64,000 bases of DNA from the human T2T-CHM13v2.0 reference genome, Homo sapiens: assembly GCF_009914755.1 (NCBI RefSeq), contig NC_060935.1. One strand, written 5' to 3'. This document shows, one piece after another, positions 13,836 through 27,999 of this stretch. The first letter of the stretch is position 1, and each line of letters begins with the position of its first letter. The translations under genes were made by a program, and so were the position numbers. The notes under the pieces are model-generated. The model was not told the DNA's origin, did no database searches, and was given only the letters and a program-made list of their open reading frames with translations.

Positions 13836-14200
13836 AGCAATGGATCTCAATCTTGTCTGAGCATTGGGATAACTTGGGAAACTTTAACACGTACTAACAC
13901 ATGAGCCCCATTACCAGGTATTCTGATTTAATTAATATGGATTATGGTTGGAGAGTCAAAATTTTTTGTAGCTCTTTAGCGGATTCTACCGTATAGTCAA
14001 TGTTGCCAATTACTGCTATAAGCCTGTAGATATCAAACTTGAGTGTGTATCAAAATCTGGAGGGCTTCTTAAAACACAGAATGCACACCGAGACTGTCTG
14101 ATTCAATAGGTCTGGGGTAGGGTATTTGCATGTCAACCACAATGTCAGGTGATACTGATGCTACTACTCTGGGAACCACATTTTAAGAGCTACTGCTCTA
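13836..14200. mobile_element. Two adjacent MER5 (hAT-Charlie) MITEs
   Basis: MER5-like motifs (caaacttgagtgtgtatcaaaatc, ctgattcaataggtctggggtaggg, ggaaccacattttaagagctactg). Confidence 0.7.
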
Positions 14201-16474
14201 GACGAACCTGGAGTTCTCCAGATGCAACTAAAGGCTTTTTAAATTCTACCGCTGGTATTGAGCCAGAATGCATAGAACCTGGCCCTGTGCCTATCTTCTC
14301 TTCTGAGTAGGATTTATTCCATAAGCTTTGGCCTTCTCTTTACATCTTCATATCTGTGTCTGGAGGGTAGGGCCAAGTTGGACTTCGGGATACTAAACTG
14401 AGGCCTTTTATTGTAAGGACAGAGAGTAGGATGTGATGTCTTGATGCTGCTTCAGGTTACTAGAGGAGACAATGATCTCAGTTCAGAACCAAGCTTAAAG
14501 TTATATATCTCTCGGGGACTATTTGTCCCAGGAATGCAAGCTAGGATTTACTTTTCAATCTTTCCCCAGTTTCTTTCCCAAAAGTAACATATCTTTGGGA
14601 AGAAATTAGGGTAAATGAGCAATGGTAAGCTCAAATCCTGGCATCAGGAAAATTCTCCTAGCACTCATGGTATGGCCTGTTCACCACTGACCACAAAGAC
14701 ATGTAGAAGGTGGTGCACAATTTTCAGGAGTCCAGAAATACAAACAGTTCTCTTAATACTTGCTCTGTAGTCTCAATTGTTGTCATCTCTTTCCACACAC
14801 ACATGCATGCACACACACGCACACACATGCACACAGGCAGTTCTTACAATATTGAGATGCTTTGCTTAGACTGGGCTGTATATAAGAGACCTGATTTACA
14901 TCTTATAAAAATAGAACATCAGAGTTAGAAGAGACGTGGAAATCTTTCTACACTGAAATATGAGAAGTCTGTGGCCCAGGGAAAGAAAGTGATTCACGTG
15001 AGTCATGAAGGTAATGAATGTATAACCCAGTTTTTCTGTTTTTCCTATTATCCCCTTCATTTTGACATTGAGGTGTCATATTTAATTGAGCCACAAGAGG
15101 GAGGCAGTGGACAAGAAATTGTCCTACCTAATTTGAATTCCTACCTAATCTGGTGTCTTCTGGGAAGACCTTATGAAAAGTCAACTCCTAGCTCTGGTCT
15201 TGTATACTAGCGCTGGGTTGGGTCCCATTTCTATCCCATATTCTCTGGGAATCTAGTAGATACAGTAAGTCATCCCTCTGACCCTTAGCTTTTTCATCTG
15301 CTAAATTTTGTAGGTATTATTTAGATATTATTACTTATATTGAAAGGTGTTAGTGAGGATACCTGAGAATGAATTTTCAAAACATCACAAGTTGATTTTC
15401 AAGATAGTATTAAAGTGCTTTAATTTCAAAGGGTGCTTTTTGTACCATCCTAACTTTATACCACTTTTTTGTCCACTCCCACCCCATTCTCTGCACTCTG
15501 GTGAACTGAAAAACATATTTTAGATTTTATCTAATTGTTATTTACTCTACTCTCCTCTCCCTTCTCCTGTCTTTCCCCACATTCTGTAAAATGTGAGCAC
15601 ATGCATGATGGAGGAGGGTGTGGATACAGCTAGAGGGAGAGGTTGAGACTGCACATCTCACCTGGTCTCATATTCTGAAAAATCTGGGTTATAAATGGCA
15701 CACCAGAGACATTACCATGCCCTCCTCTCTGCTTTTTGGAACATGGATCTTATTGCAGAAGGTGAGGGTTTGGGAAGGCTTCGGGATGAGTGGCCAGGTG
15801 GCAACATCTGTGCCTGGCTTCTTCCCTTCTTGGTGGAACAGCCACTGGCCTCTCATAAGGGAAATAACCTGAACCAGCCCGACCCTGAGAGCCTCCCTCA
15901 TGGTGTTGGACTTATAGATCACACATTAAGGAAATATGTCCATGAGAGATTTTAGGATGACTCATATGGTTTCATGGATCTAGAAGTGACTTTGAAAGTG
16001 AATGAACCAACCTAGTAGTTTCTAGTGAAGCTGACTGATGGAAATGAACCAAGCATTTATTTTCCAATGCCATAGAGTGGATCGGTGAAAGCTGGGTGGA
16101 GAGAGGATTAAAAGAAGTGAAATAAAGTTAGGACTTCTGAACGTTTCTCTAATACCCATTCCCATCATGGTTGGGCCAGTACCATTTTTGGAGTTTTTGT
16201 TTTGTTTCTCTTTCCCTTTATTTTACACAGTATAGAAATTCACTGATTACTCCTCAGATTTTTCCAGTCCTGCCTCCCCAGAGGGACTCACATCCCTTTT
16301 CATGGCAGTAACCACCTGGTGTTGCTCGAGCACCTCCTAGGATTCCCACTCGTTACTCAAAATGGATAATAAAGAAATTTTCTCAAACGCAATTTAGGTG
16401 AATAAAATTTAATCTAATAATATGTGTGAACTATTCTTCTGAAATAATAATGCTGAGATAATGAGTGGAACCAC

Positions 16475-18253
16475 GCATTTATTTTCTTGAACCTGATAAT
16501 ACAAATCCCTAGCAGTTATCTGGACCAACAAGTGGTAAGAGCAGAGGTCTTGAGGTGAGCACGTTCCATGCTTCTGAGGAAACAGTACGTCTGGAGACAC
16601 ATTGAGACTGGAATAGGGAGAGGAGAAGGCAATGTTGTCTGAGATTTCTGGGGGGCTGGATTATAAAGCGACTTATTAAGGAGATACGGCTTATTTTGAG
16701 TGAGGTAGGAGGCATTGGAAGATTTTCAGCAAAGGGAAGACAGGATCTAACTTGCATCTTAACAGGACCACTCTGGCTGCCTGTCTTGGTAAGAACCGAC
16801 TGAAGGGAGGCGAGGGAAGATGTGGGGAGAGTAGCGAGGAGGCTCCGGCAGTAGTCCCAGAGAGAGGATGGTGGGTTGTGTTGTTGGAACACAGCATCAC
16901 TGCTCATTCAAATCCTAGGAGGTGGGTGCCTACGCCTCTCTTTCTTTCACTCCCCACATTCAGTCATTTTGAAGGCTCAGGTATCAGTAAAAGTGTCCCC
17001 AAGAAACATAATTCATCCCATGTGACTTATTTAAGGGATTTTTATGAAGACCTCGCAGAATTTGGGCAGAGTTAAGGGAACGAAGAAGGAAAGGGAGGTC
17101 ACTACAGACAAGAAAAGCAGGAAGGTATGAGAAGAGAACACACTATTATGGGGACCAATAAAGAGCAGAAGTCTTGTAAGAAGAGCTGCTTTGTAGTATA
17201 ACTGTGGAAGAAGTAGCTACTTCCAAAGGCTGTGTCAATGCAGAGAGAATAGGAAAGCAATGCTTTGTCCTTTCTCTCTTTCCAGCCTCTAATTCTCCAA
17301 ACAAACCTGAATGGTTTGCTTTACTGTCACACATTTATAGGGGATTTGTGGAGATTTTCCCAGAGTGGCACAATTGGCAAATGGCTGAATTGTCCGGAGC
17401 TCAGACCTGCTGCTTTTTAGCCCTGTGGTCTTTCTATTACACTACCTGGTCCCCCTCCAGAGAGAAACAACTAAATGAGACTTGGCTTTGGCTCACAGAG
17501 ACAATGAATAGGGAAAGTTGGAAGTCTAAGTGGGTGAGAAGATATATTGTCGGCTCATTCCCTTTTTTGCCCTCCCAAGAGAAAAAAGAGCTGGCATTTT
17601 TTTTTTTTTTGGAATGAAATATATTTTCTTTTTCTGATAGTGTTCCACTGCTCTTCCTGATGTTTTCTGTAGCTTTCTTTTTTTTAAACTTTTATTTTAT
17701 GTTCAGGGTACATGTATAGTTTTTAAATAAATAATCTACACCAAACCCTTGTGACATGCAGTTTGAAAGACAAGTGTAGGTACCAACCTCCCAGGATTTT
17801 AGTGAGAAGCAACGCTGCATCCCAACAACCCAACCCACCATCCTCTCTCTTGGACTACTGTCGGAGCCTCCTCACTATCCTCCCTACGTCTTCCCTCATC
17901 TCCCTTCAGTCTGTTCTTATCATGGCAAGCAGCCAGAGTGATACTGTTAAGACACTAGTCAGATCCTGTGTTCCTTTTGCTGAAAATCTTCCAGTGCCTC
18001 TATTTCACTCAGAATAAACCTAAGTCCTTAATAAGACCTCAAGTTCTTTTATAATTGAGGCCCCGCAGACACCTCAGACAACATTGCCTTCTCTTCTCCC
18101 TATCCCAATCTCAATGTGTCTCCAGACACACTGCCCCCTCAGAAGCACAGGAACCTGCTCCCCTCAAGAGCTTTGCACTTTCCACTTCTTTGGTTCAAAT
18201 AACTGCTAGTGAGCTCTAAGGATTTGCATTATGAGGTTCAAGAAAATAAATGC
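16475..18253. repeat. Inverted repeat; arms 16475-16944 and 17765-18253, largely L2-derived
   Basis: Direct reverse-complement alignment by eye; ORFs 16509..16907(-) and 17751..18017(+) give near-identical translations. Confidence 0.92.
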
Positions 18254-20626
18254 TTACATGCCACAGAGGTTTGGTGTACCGATTATTTTATCACCCATGT
18301 AATAAGCATAGTACTCAATAGATAGTTTTTTAATCCTTACCCTCTTCTCACCCTCTACCCTCCAGTAGGACCCAGTGTCTGTTTTTCCCTTCTTTGTGTC
18401 CATGTGTACTCAGTGTTTAGCTATTACTCATAAGTGAGAATGTGTGATATTTAGTTTTCTGTTTCTGCATGAGTGTGCTTAGGATAAAGGAATCCAGCTC
18501 CATCCGTGTTTCTTCAAAGAACATGAACTCATTCTTTCTTATGGCTGTGTAGTTTCCCATGGTGTATACGTACCGTTTTTTCCAGTCTACCATTGATGGG
18601 CATTCAGTATGATTTCATGTCTCTGCTATGAACATATGTGGACATGTATCTTTATGGTAAAATAATTTATGTTCCTTTGGGTATATACCTAATAATGGGA
18701 TAGCTGGGTCGAATGGAACTTCTGTTTTAAGTTCTTTGAGAAATTGCCACACTACTTTGCACAAGGCTGAACTAATTTACATTCCCACAAGCAGTGTATG
18801 GTGTTATTTTTCCTCCACAACCTTTTTAGCATCTGTTACTTTTTGACATTTTAATAATAGCCACTCTGACTGGCATGAGATGGCCACAGTCTCCTTGTAG
18901 TTTTGATTTGTGATTCTCTAATGATTAGTGATGTTGAGAGTTTTTTAAGTATACTTGTTGGCTGTGTGTATGTCTTCTTTTAAAAAGTGTCTGTTCATGT
19001 CCTTTGCCCACCTTTTAATGGGGTTGATTGTTTTTCACTTGTTAATTTAATTTCCTTATAGATTCTTGATATTAGACCTTTGTCAGATGCATAGTTTGCA
19101 CATACTTTCTCCCATTCTGTAGGCTGTCTGTTTACTCTGTTGATAGTTTCTTTTGCTGTGGAGAAGCTCTTTAATTAGGTCCCACTTGTCCATTTTTTTT
19201 TTTTTTTTTTGTGCAATTGCTTTTGACATCTTTGACATGAAATCTTTTCCAGGGCCTATGTCCAGAATGGTATTTCCTAGGTTATTTTTCATGGTTTTTA
19301 TAGGCTTAGATTTTACATTTAAATCTTTAATCCATCATTAGTTGATTTTTGTATATAGTGTAAGTTAGGGATCCAGCTTCAATCTTCCGTAGATGGCTAG
19401 CCAGTTATCCCATTACCATTTATTAAATAGGGATCCTTTCCACATTGCTTGTTTTTGCTGACTTTGTTAAGTATCAGATGGTTGTAGGCATGTCACTTTC
19501 TTTCTGGGATCTTTATTCTGTTCCATTGGTCAATGTGTCTGTTTTTGTACCATTACCATGCTGTTTTGGTTACAGTAGCTTTGTAATATAGTTTGAAGTC
19601 AGGTACCATGATGCCTCCAGCTTTGTTCTTTTTGCTTAGGATTTCCATGGCTATTCAGGCTCTTTTCAGTTCCATATGAATTATAAAATAGTTTATTTTC
19701 TAATTCTGTGAAGAATGTCATTGGTAGTTTGATAGGAACAGCATTGAATCTGTAGATTGCTGTTAGCACAATGACTATTTTAATAATATTGATTCTTCCT
19801 ATCCATGAGCATGGAATGCTTTTTTATTTGTCTGTGTCATCTCTGATTACTTTGAACACTGTTTTCTAATCCTCATTGTAGAGATCTTTCACCTCTCTCA
19901 TTAACTAAATTCCTAGATATTTTATTCTTTTTTTTTTTTTGGCCTATTGTGAATGATTTGGCTCTCAGCTTGGATGCTGTTGGTGTATAAAAATGCTACT
20001 GATTTATATACATTAATTTTATATCCTGAAACTTTGCTGAAGTTGTCTATCAGATGTAAGAGGTTTTGGGCAGACTATGGGGTTTTCCAGGTATAGAATT
20101 ATATCATCTGCAATCAGAGATAGTTTGACTTCTTCTTTTCCTATTTGGATGCATTTTAGTTCTTTCTCTTGCCTGATTGCTTTGTTTAGAACTTCCAGTA
20201 CTATGAAAAGGAGTGGTGAGAGTGGGCATCCTTGTCTTGTTTCAGTCATCCAGGAGAACTTTCCAGTTTTTGCCCATTCAATATGGTGTTGGCTGTTGGT
20301 TTGCCATAGATGGCTCTTATTATTTTATTATTTTGAGGTATATTCCTTCAATGCCTAGTTTGTTGAGGGTTTCTTAACATGAAGACATGTAGAATTTTAT
20401 CAAAAGCCCTTTCCGCATCTATTGAGATGATCATGTTTTTAGTTCTGTTTACGTGGTGAATTACATTTATTGACTCACCTTACGTTAAACCAACCTTACA
20501 TCCAAGAGATAAAGCCTACTTGATTATGGTGGATTAGATTTTTTATGTGCTGCTGGATTTGGTTTGCTAGTATTTTTTTTGAGTGTTTTTGAACCTCTGT
20601 TCATCAAGGATAGTGGCCTAAAGTTT

Positions 20627-20669
<43 letters not shown>

Positions 20670-22240
20670 TGCCAGATTTTGGTATCAGAATGATGTTGGC
20701 CTCATAGAATGAGTTAGAGAAGATCCTTTCCTCCTGAATTTTTGGAATAGTTTCAGTAGGACGGTGTCAACTCTTCTTTATACATTTGGTAGAATTGGGC
20801 TATGAATGCATCTGGTCCTGAGCTTTTTTTAGTTGGTAGGCTTTTTGTTGTGATTTAATTTCAGAACTTGTTATTGGTTTGTTCAAGGTTTCAGTTTCTC
20901 ACTGGTTTACTCTTGGGAGGTTGTATGTTTCCAGGAATTTATCTATTTCTTCTATGTTTTCTAGCTTGTGTTCATAGAGGTGTTCATAGTTGTCTCTGAA
21001 CATTTTTTGTATTTCTGTGGGATTAGTGATAATGTTGCCATTTTCATTTCTGACTGTGTTTATGTGGGTTTTCTCTTTTTTTCTTTATTAGTCTAGCTAC
21101 TGGTCTATCAATCTTATTTATTCTTTCGAGGAATCTCCTCCTGGATTTTTTAATCTTTTTATGGTTTTTCACATTTCAATATTGTTTAGTTTAGCTCTGG
21201 TACTGGTTACTTCTTGTCTTCTGCTAGCTTTGGGGTTTGTTAGCTCTTGTTTCTGTAGGTCCTCTGTGTGTGATGTTAGGTTATTCATTTGAGATCTTTC
21301 TAACTTTTTGATTTGGGCATTTAGCACTATACATTTTCCTCTTAATGCTGCTCTAGCTATGTCCCAGAGATTCTCGTATGTTATATCTTTGCTCTCATTA
21401 GTTTCAAAGAATTTCTTGATTTCTGACTGAATTTCATTGTTTACCCAACAGTCATTCAGGAACAGATTGTTTAATTTCCATTTAACTATGTAGTTTTGAA
21501 AGATATTCTTGGTATTTATTTCAGTTTTTATTGCACTGTGGTCTGACAGTGTGTTTGGTATGATTTTTTTTAACTGCTGAGGATTGTGTTATGCCCGGTT
21601 GCATGGTTGATTTTAGAGTATGTACCATGTGCACATGAGAAGAATGTTTACTCTGCTGTTTGGGGGTGGAGAGTTCTGTAGTAGTCTGCTAAACCCATTT
21701 GGTGAAATGTTGAGTTCAGATCCTGAACATCTTTATTAGATTTCTGCCTCTATGATCTGTCTAATACTACCAATGGGGTGTCAAAATCTCCTGCTATTAT
21801 CATGTGGTTATCTAAATCTCTTCATATGTATCTAAGAATTTCTTTTGTGAATCTGGGTGCTCTGGGGTTTGATGCATATGTATTTATGACAGTTAGGTCT
21901 TCTTGTTGAATTGAACCTTTACCATTATATAATGCCCTTCTTTATCTTTTAAAATCATTGTTAAAATCTGTTTGGTTTGAAATTAGAATAGCAACTGCTT
22001 CATTTTTCTGTTTTCTTTTGCTTGGTAGATTTTTCTCCATCCCTTTACTTTAAGTTGATGGGTGTCATTTCTTGTGAAATGGATCTTCTGTGGACAACAT
22101 ATAGTTGGGTCTTGCCTCTTTATCCAATTTGCCACTTTGTGCCTTTTAATTGGTGCATTTATCCCATTCATATTCAAGGTTAATATTGATATGTGCAGGT
22201 TTGATCTTGACATCATGTTGTCAGTTGGTTATTATGCAGA
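17676..22240 (-). mobile_element. L1 (L1PB/older L1PA) about 4 kb, 3' UTR plus ORF2, interrupted near its 3' end
   Basis: ORFs 19083, 20019 and 21983 translate to L1 ORF2 including the endonuclease start (HISILTLNMNGINAPIKRH) and RT ([11 protein letters not shown]). Confidence 0.93.
20629..20668 (+). repeat. (GT)n microsatellite
   Basis: About 20 perfect units. Confidence 0.97.
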
Positions 22241-22244
22241 CTTG

Positions 22245-23890
22245 AATTTTTGTCCCGAAATTTGGACAGGAAGGCCCAAACAGAGCTTCCCAGCTTACCA
22301 GGAGCAGAAGCACAATAGGAACACATCAATTATAACCGATGAACTGCTGGATGTTCAATGTGGACTAACTTGGGAGCTGAAACTCCATGAGGCCCAGTCC
22401 TGGGGAGAGGTCAAACACTTGCATGGCTTTTACCTCAAAGTGTCCTAGCAGGTATTTAGTGTAAAGAACAGAGAAAAATCTTGTGCTTCTGATTAAGGAA
22501 GGTAATATAACCATTTTTTAAATACTCCAGGGCATTCTGTTGTCTTTAACAAAAAAAGTCTTCCCTCAAGGGAAACTATTTTTTCAGATTCTGATTGATT
22601 CTGATTGATTTGGATAATACCAAAACCTAACCAGTCTTGGAAAAGGTCAATACACAACTCCACCTTCCTCTATCCTTCCACGTGGGGAAACTGAATATTC
22701 AGCTACATCTCTCTCTCGTATCTGCCTGACTTAAGTTCAGGTAGGGGCTAAGAAGCATTTGTGAAGTTGATAACTGAGAAGCACAAGTTGCTAAAAGGCT
22801 GAGACCTAATTATGATACTAGAGGATGTTTCCCCTCACTCTACACTACCATCAGATGAATCAGGATCCTGTATGATAACAGGAGATTATAGTGAATGAAC
22901 TGTAAACCTCAGACCCTATTTAAGAAGTGGTGTCTAGGGAGATCCAATAATAATAGGGGAGACCAAAACAAGGACATTACAGGACATTTCAGCCTTTGAC
23001 CCAAATAGCTACAACAAACAATAAATGCAGCCTAACTTCTAGCCAGATAAACATAATACCTTACATAAAAGGCCTATTTACTTTACTTCCTTTTATGTCC
23101 AGCTATCAAAAAAAAAAATACAATGTATGTTAAAAGGTAAAAGACAAAGTGTGAAGAAACAAAGCAAGCAACAGAACAAGATTCAAATGCGGCAGAGATT
23201 TTGGAATTATCGGATCAGAAATGTAAAATAACTATGATTAATATTATAAGGACTTTAACAGGAAAAGCATACAACATACATGAATAAACAGATATGATAA
23301 GCAGAGAGAAGAAATTTCTAGGAAAGAATGAAAAGGTAATGCTAGAAATGTAAAATACAGTAATAAAAATTTTAAAAATGTTTTTGATAATTTCATCAGT
23401 ATACTAGGCATGTCAGAGGAAAGAGTCAGTGAGCTTGAAGATACGTCAATAAAAACTTCCGAAACTGAAGAGCAAAGGGAAAAAAAATGGAAAAAAAAAG
23501 AACAGAACAACCCCAAAGTGCAGGACAACTACAAAAAGAATAACATTACACATAATGGAAATACCATAAAAAGAAACAAGAAAGAAAGGAAGAGAAGAAA
23601 TATTTGAAGTTTAAATAATGACTGAGATTTTTCCAAAATTAGTAACAGATGCCAAATCACAAATCCAGGAAGCTCAGAAAATAACATGCATAGTAAAGAG
23701 TAAAACATCTATACATAGGTATATAATATTCAAAAACAGAAAATCAAAGACAGAGAAAATTTTGAAAGAAGCAATAAAGGAGAAAAGGAAACTTAACTAG
23801 AGAGGAACAAGGATAAGTATTACATTAGTCTTCTTTTCAGAAACTATGCAAACAAGAAGGGGGTGAAATGAAGTATTTAAAATGTTGGAG
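22245..23890 (+). mobile_element. Old L1M 5' region and ORF1 remnant
   Basis: ORFs 23410 (EERVSELED...EEQREK) and 23618 (MTEIFPKL...QIQEAQ) resemble L1 ORF1p. Confidence 0.8.
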
Positions 23891-26252
23891 GTTAAAGGTT
23901 CAGGCACCAGTCACACTTCCTTGTTACAGTAGACACTGGTTGAGATGTTAGGTCTTTCAGCCCTGGAGTTCTGCCTATGTGTGTTGCTATGTTGTACACA
24001 GGTCAACTCAAACTCTTCCATTTTAAGAGTGCCAGCATGTTCCATAGAGCTCAGTATATCTCAAGGCCTGGGATTTGTGAATTAATATCCTCATATTGGA
24101 AGAAAAATACTCATGAAATGTGGTGGTGATGAGATACACATGGTAGGCAGTATTTATGGCAAGGGTGGTGCTTAAAAAAGCTGGTTCATATTGGCAATGA
24201 GATAATCAGATGGGAAGAACGAACCAGGTGTAGAATCACTGGAGATCAGGCCGGCTGGTCCTTAGAACGTACCTATTCTAACTCTGAGGATGAAGAAACA
24301 AATATTACTCTACATCGCATTGAGTTTAGTTTCTGAGTTGAGATTAAAACTTGGATCATCTCACTCCCAGCGATGTACCTTACTGTCTTCAGCCACTTTC
24401 TTTCTCAGACATTCTTCACAGTAAATATTTCTTGCACATGTGAGGAGACTTCATGTATTCTCTGTGTCCTGGTTTTCCCTTAGTATCATTGATCATCCGT
24501 GCTCCCTCTTAGCTCTTAATCTTATGGTTTTAATACTTTTTTCCTAGAAACCATAACAAGAGCCATAATCTTGTTGAATCAAAGTCCGTTGGCCTATCAA
24601 AATGTTTATAACATAGTTTTAATTCATCCACTGTTTCATTAAAGCAAATTATAATGAGTGACTGCTGGAGAATAGTATTTGCTTGGATTTCTGAATATAG
24701 TACAGGTAGCCTGGAATAGCTAAGGAATCTGTGTTCATAATTCAAAGGAGAGACTGTAAAAAATATATCAAAACACTAAAGCTGGTTTTGAATAACTACT
24801 GGCATTTTTTTAGCTTTTTGTGGAATTTATTTTAACTGCCTCAAATTCACAAGATAAAATCCGGTGTATTAGAAACATGACTTTAGGACACTTGATGAAA
24901 TGAAAATGTTGGGAAATTACTTGCCAGAGATAGTTGGTGATTATTATCCTCTGTGAAACTCAATGTTCAAGGGAAGTGAGATTAGACATCTCTATAATTG
25001 TGGGCCTTTAGAAGGCATGTGATGAAATAAAAAAAGAAAGCTTTTGTTTCCTTTGATAACTTATATATTTGTTCAATTTGACTGACTTGATTGGCTGTAA
25101 GTCATTTTCTAAGAGTTTCAGATTAAAACTTAATTTCATTAGTTGGCAAAAATGGTTGCAGAGCAGTAAATTGGTCAGAGCTAAGAGATCTTGTAATGAT
25201 AAAGAAGAGAAGAATGTGATTTGTATACACTACTTTGGTGTCAGCATAGACGAGTTGGGCTATTGTCATTAAACAGACCCTGTCCTTAGGGGACACTGGC
25301 ATTTATTTTGCATATTAATATACATAGGCACCAGTATCTGAGGTTAAGTGTTAAGAATTTTAAGAGTGTTTTCTTAAGAATAATACCTTTCTTTGCTACA
25401 TATGTACTATTTGAAGAACCATTTCTTAAGCACAAAGGAAACCCATATGGGAAAAAAAAAACATTTTGTGCTTTTAATTTAGAATTATATAGGCACTGGA
25501 AAAATATTTTTATTAAAAGGATACAAAATAATATTTTTTCTAGATTCAAAATGAGGAATTACAGTGCTTAGATCTATCACCTCAACTTTACATGACTCCT
25601 ACTTCCTAATATATTTGTTTTCACATTTTCCCTCTGTTCTAATCTTTTATTCCAGATATCTCTAAGGCTTTTACCAATCTCTTTAGCTGAGATTGTAATA
25701 TAATTTTCTCTGATACTGTATCTCAGTTCACTGCTGACTGATGTGCCACCTACATCCATTCTCTGCATTGTTTCTATTTTACCCACCCAATAGCATTCAA
25801 CAGAAATGTTCCTACCTGGTGTCAGACATTGAGAAATGTTGAAATCAAAAAGATAAATAAGATACATTATCTGTCCTCAGAGATACAATGAACTGGTAAG
25901 AAAAACACTTATAAAAATATAATTTTCAAATAATGGCTAATCTTGGTGGATTAAACACATCTATTTCCTCATGAAACCCAACTAAATGACTATAAAGGGT
26001 CTGGGAGAAAGTCATAAATCCAAAAATTCAAAAATAATATGAGAGAAATTGGATCATTTTTTTAAATGTTAGAAACCAGCTAGACAAGCAATAAATGACT
26101 TAGCAGCCTCCGGAAAGTGAAAACCTGACTGACGGAATTGGAAGCTTAGAAAAAATTTGATTCTCTTTGTAGAACCCCAGTAAGTCTCAAGAATTATAAG
26201 TGCTTTCAGTTGAATATGTCTGGGGACACAGCTAATTGTCTGAGAAGGTAGT

Positions 26253-26613
26253 TGTATTAGTATGTTCTCACATTGCTAAAAAAGACATAACCAAGACTGG
26301 GTAATTTATGAAGAAAAAGAGGTTTAATGGACTCACAGTTCCACATGGTTGGGGAGGCCTCAGAATCATGGTGGAAGGCAAAATGCACATCTTACATGGC
26401 GGCAGACAAGAGAGATTGAGAGCCAAGCAAAAGGGAAAACCACTTATAAAATCATCAGATCTGGTGAGACTTATTCATTACCACGAGAAAAGTATGGGGG
26501 AACACGCCCCCATGATTCAATTATCTCCCAGTGGTTCCCTCCCACAACATGTGGGAATGATGGTAGCTACAATTCAAGATGAAATTTGGTGGGGACACTG
26601 CCAAACCATATCA
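26253..26613 (-). mobile_element. THE1 (MaLR) solo LTR
   Basis: tgtattagt...ccaaaccatatca; 5-bp TSD gtagt/atagt. Confidence 0.92.
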
Positions 26614-27508
26614 ATAGTGAATACTTAAGTAAGTGAATTCCCTGAGAATAGTGAATTAAGATCCCTGAAGGCCTAGAGTATAACCAGTCCTAACTGGAAT
26701 AGGAGAATATAAGGCGCCAGGAAGGGAGAGTGTATACAGAAAAATACTAATGAAACAGATCAATTACCTGTGGGTCTATAGACACTGAGATTTACATTTA
26801 TGGTGGAGTATTTAAAACAACTTATTTTCAGGTATGTAGAAAACAGCATATGAAACATGAGGCAGTTACTAACTTCAGAGAGAAAAATGGTCAAAAGGAA
26901 GCGTAATCATAACACTCATAATGAATTAGCCATTAATGATTTAAATACTATAAATTGAGTTAACTAAAAAATCGTGATAAAACTATATGGGAGAATGAGG
27001 GAAAAGGAAGTGTTATGGTGGGAAGGTGTGTCCAGGGTAAAAATGAAGGATATAGGGGTTAGTCTATTGTCTTCAGTAGTAGGAGGTTAGTGCATAATAT
27101 ATAAAACCAAAAATTAGAACAGTATTTAAAATCATTCACTTAGAAATATGGAGTCAACACAAAAAGAAACAATTAAAATTTAAATACTTGCTTCTGGAGA
27201 AAGAAAATTGATTGGGAACTGGGGAAGGGGGCACTAATGATTTCTTTCAGGCTAAATCCAGTGAACATTTTACTGTTGTTAGCTTGTCTCTCTGAAGTAT
27301 TTAATAATAATTGAATGATTTCTTCCTACTGAAATATTTCTGTGCTCAAAAAATGATAAGTAATTTATTTATATTACCTAATATAACCCTTTCAACAACG
27401 CTATGACATATTACTATCTATATTTTACAGATGAGTAAACTGAGGTGCAGAAAGCCTAAGCAACTTGCTCCAGCTCACATAGGGCATAGGATTCAAAACC
27501 CAGCTCAA

Positions 27509-27845
27509 GGCCGGGTGCAGTGGCTCACGCCTGTAATCCCAGCACTTTGGGAGGCTGAGGAGGGTATATTACTTGAGATCTGGAGTTCGAGAACAGCCTG
27601 GCCAAAATGGTGAAACCCAGTCTCTGTTAATATATAATATAACATATTATATAGAGATACATTCTATTATATATATAATATATTCTATTATAATATAATA
27701 TATATTCTATTATATAATATATATTATATATTATATCTATTATATATAATATATCTGTATATGATATATAATTATATATAATATATAGATATTCTATTAT
27801 ATATAATAGGATATATATTCTATATATATAGAATATATATATTTC
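27509..27845 (+). mobile_element. Truncated Alu left arm fused to a TA-rich low-complexity tract
   Basis: GGCCGGGTGCAG... to 27625, then decayed (TA)n at 27628-27845; MIR-like sequence precedes it (27370-27505). Confidence 0.88.
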
Positions 27846-27999
27846 TCTGTCAAATTTCATGTTATTGTTCTCTTGAAATTGTTATCTGCTAATAATAACC
27901 TGATACTGTCTCATTTCATACCATATGGAGTGGGAGGAGAGACTGATGCCTGTCCTTAGTCCAGAATTTCAACCTCTCTTAGGAAGTCATGAAACTCTG

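Noticed and set aside
15618-15955. Three overlapping ORFs in apparently unique sequence; considered as an MS4A pseudo-exon or lncRNA exon
   Set aside because: No MS4A motif or recognisable protein similarity, and no convincing splice-site pair
27627-27860. I/Y-rich ORF
   Set aside because: Artefact of TA low-complexity sequence
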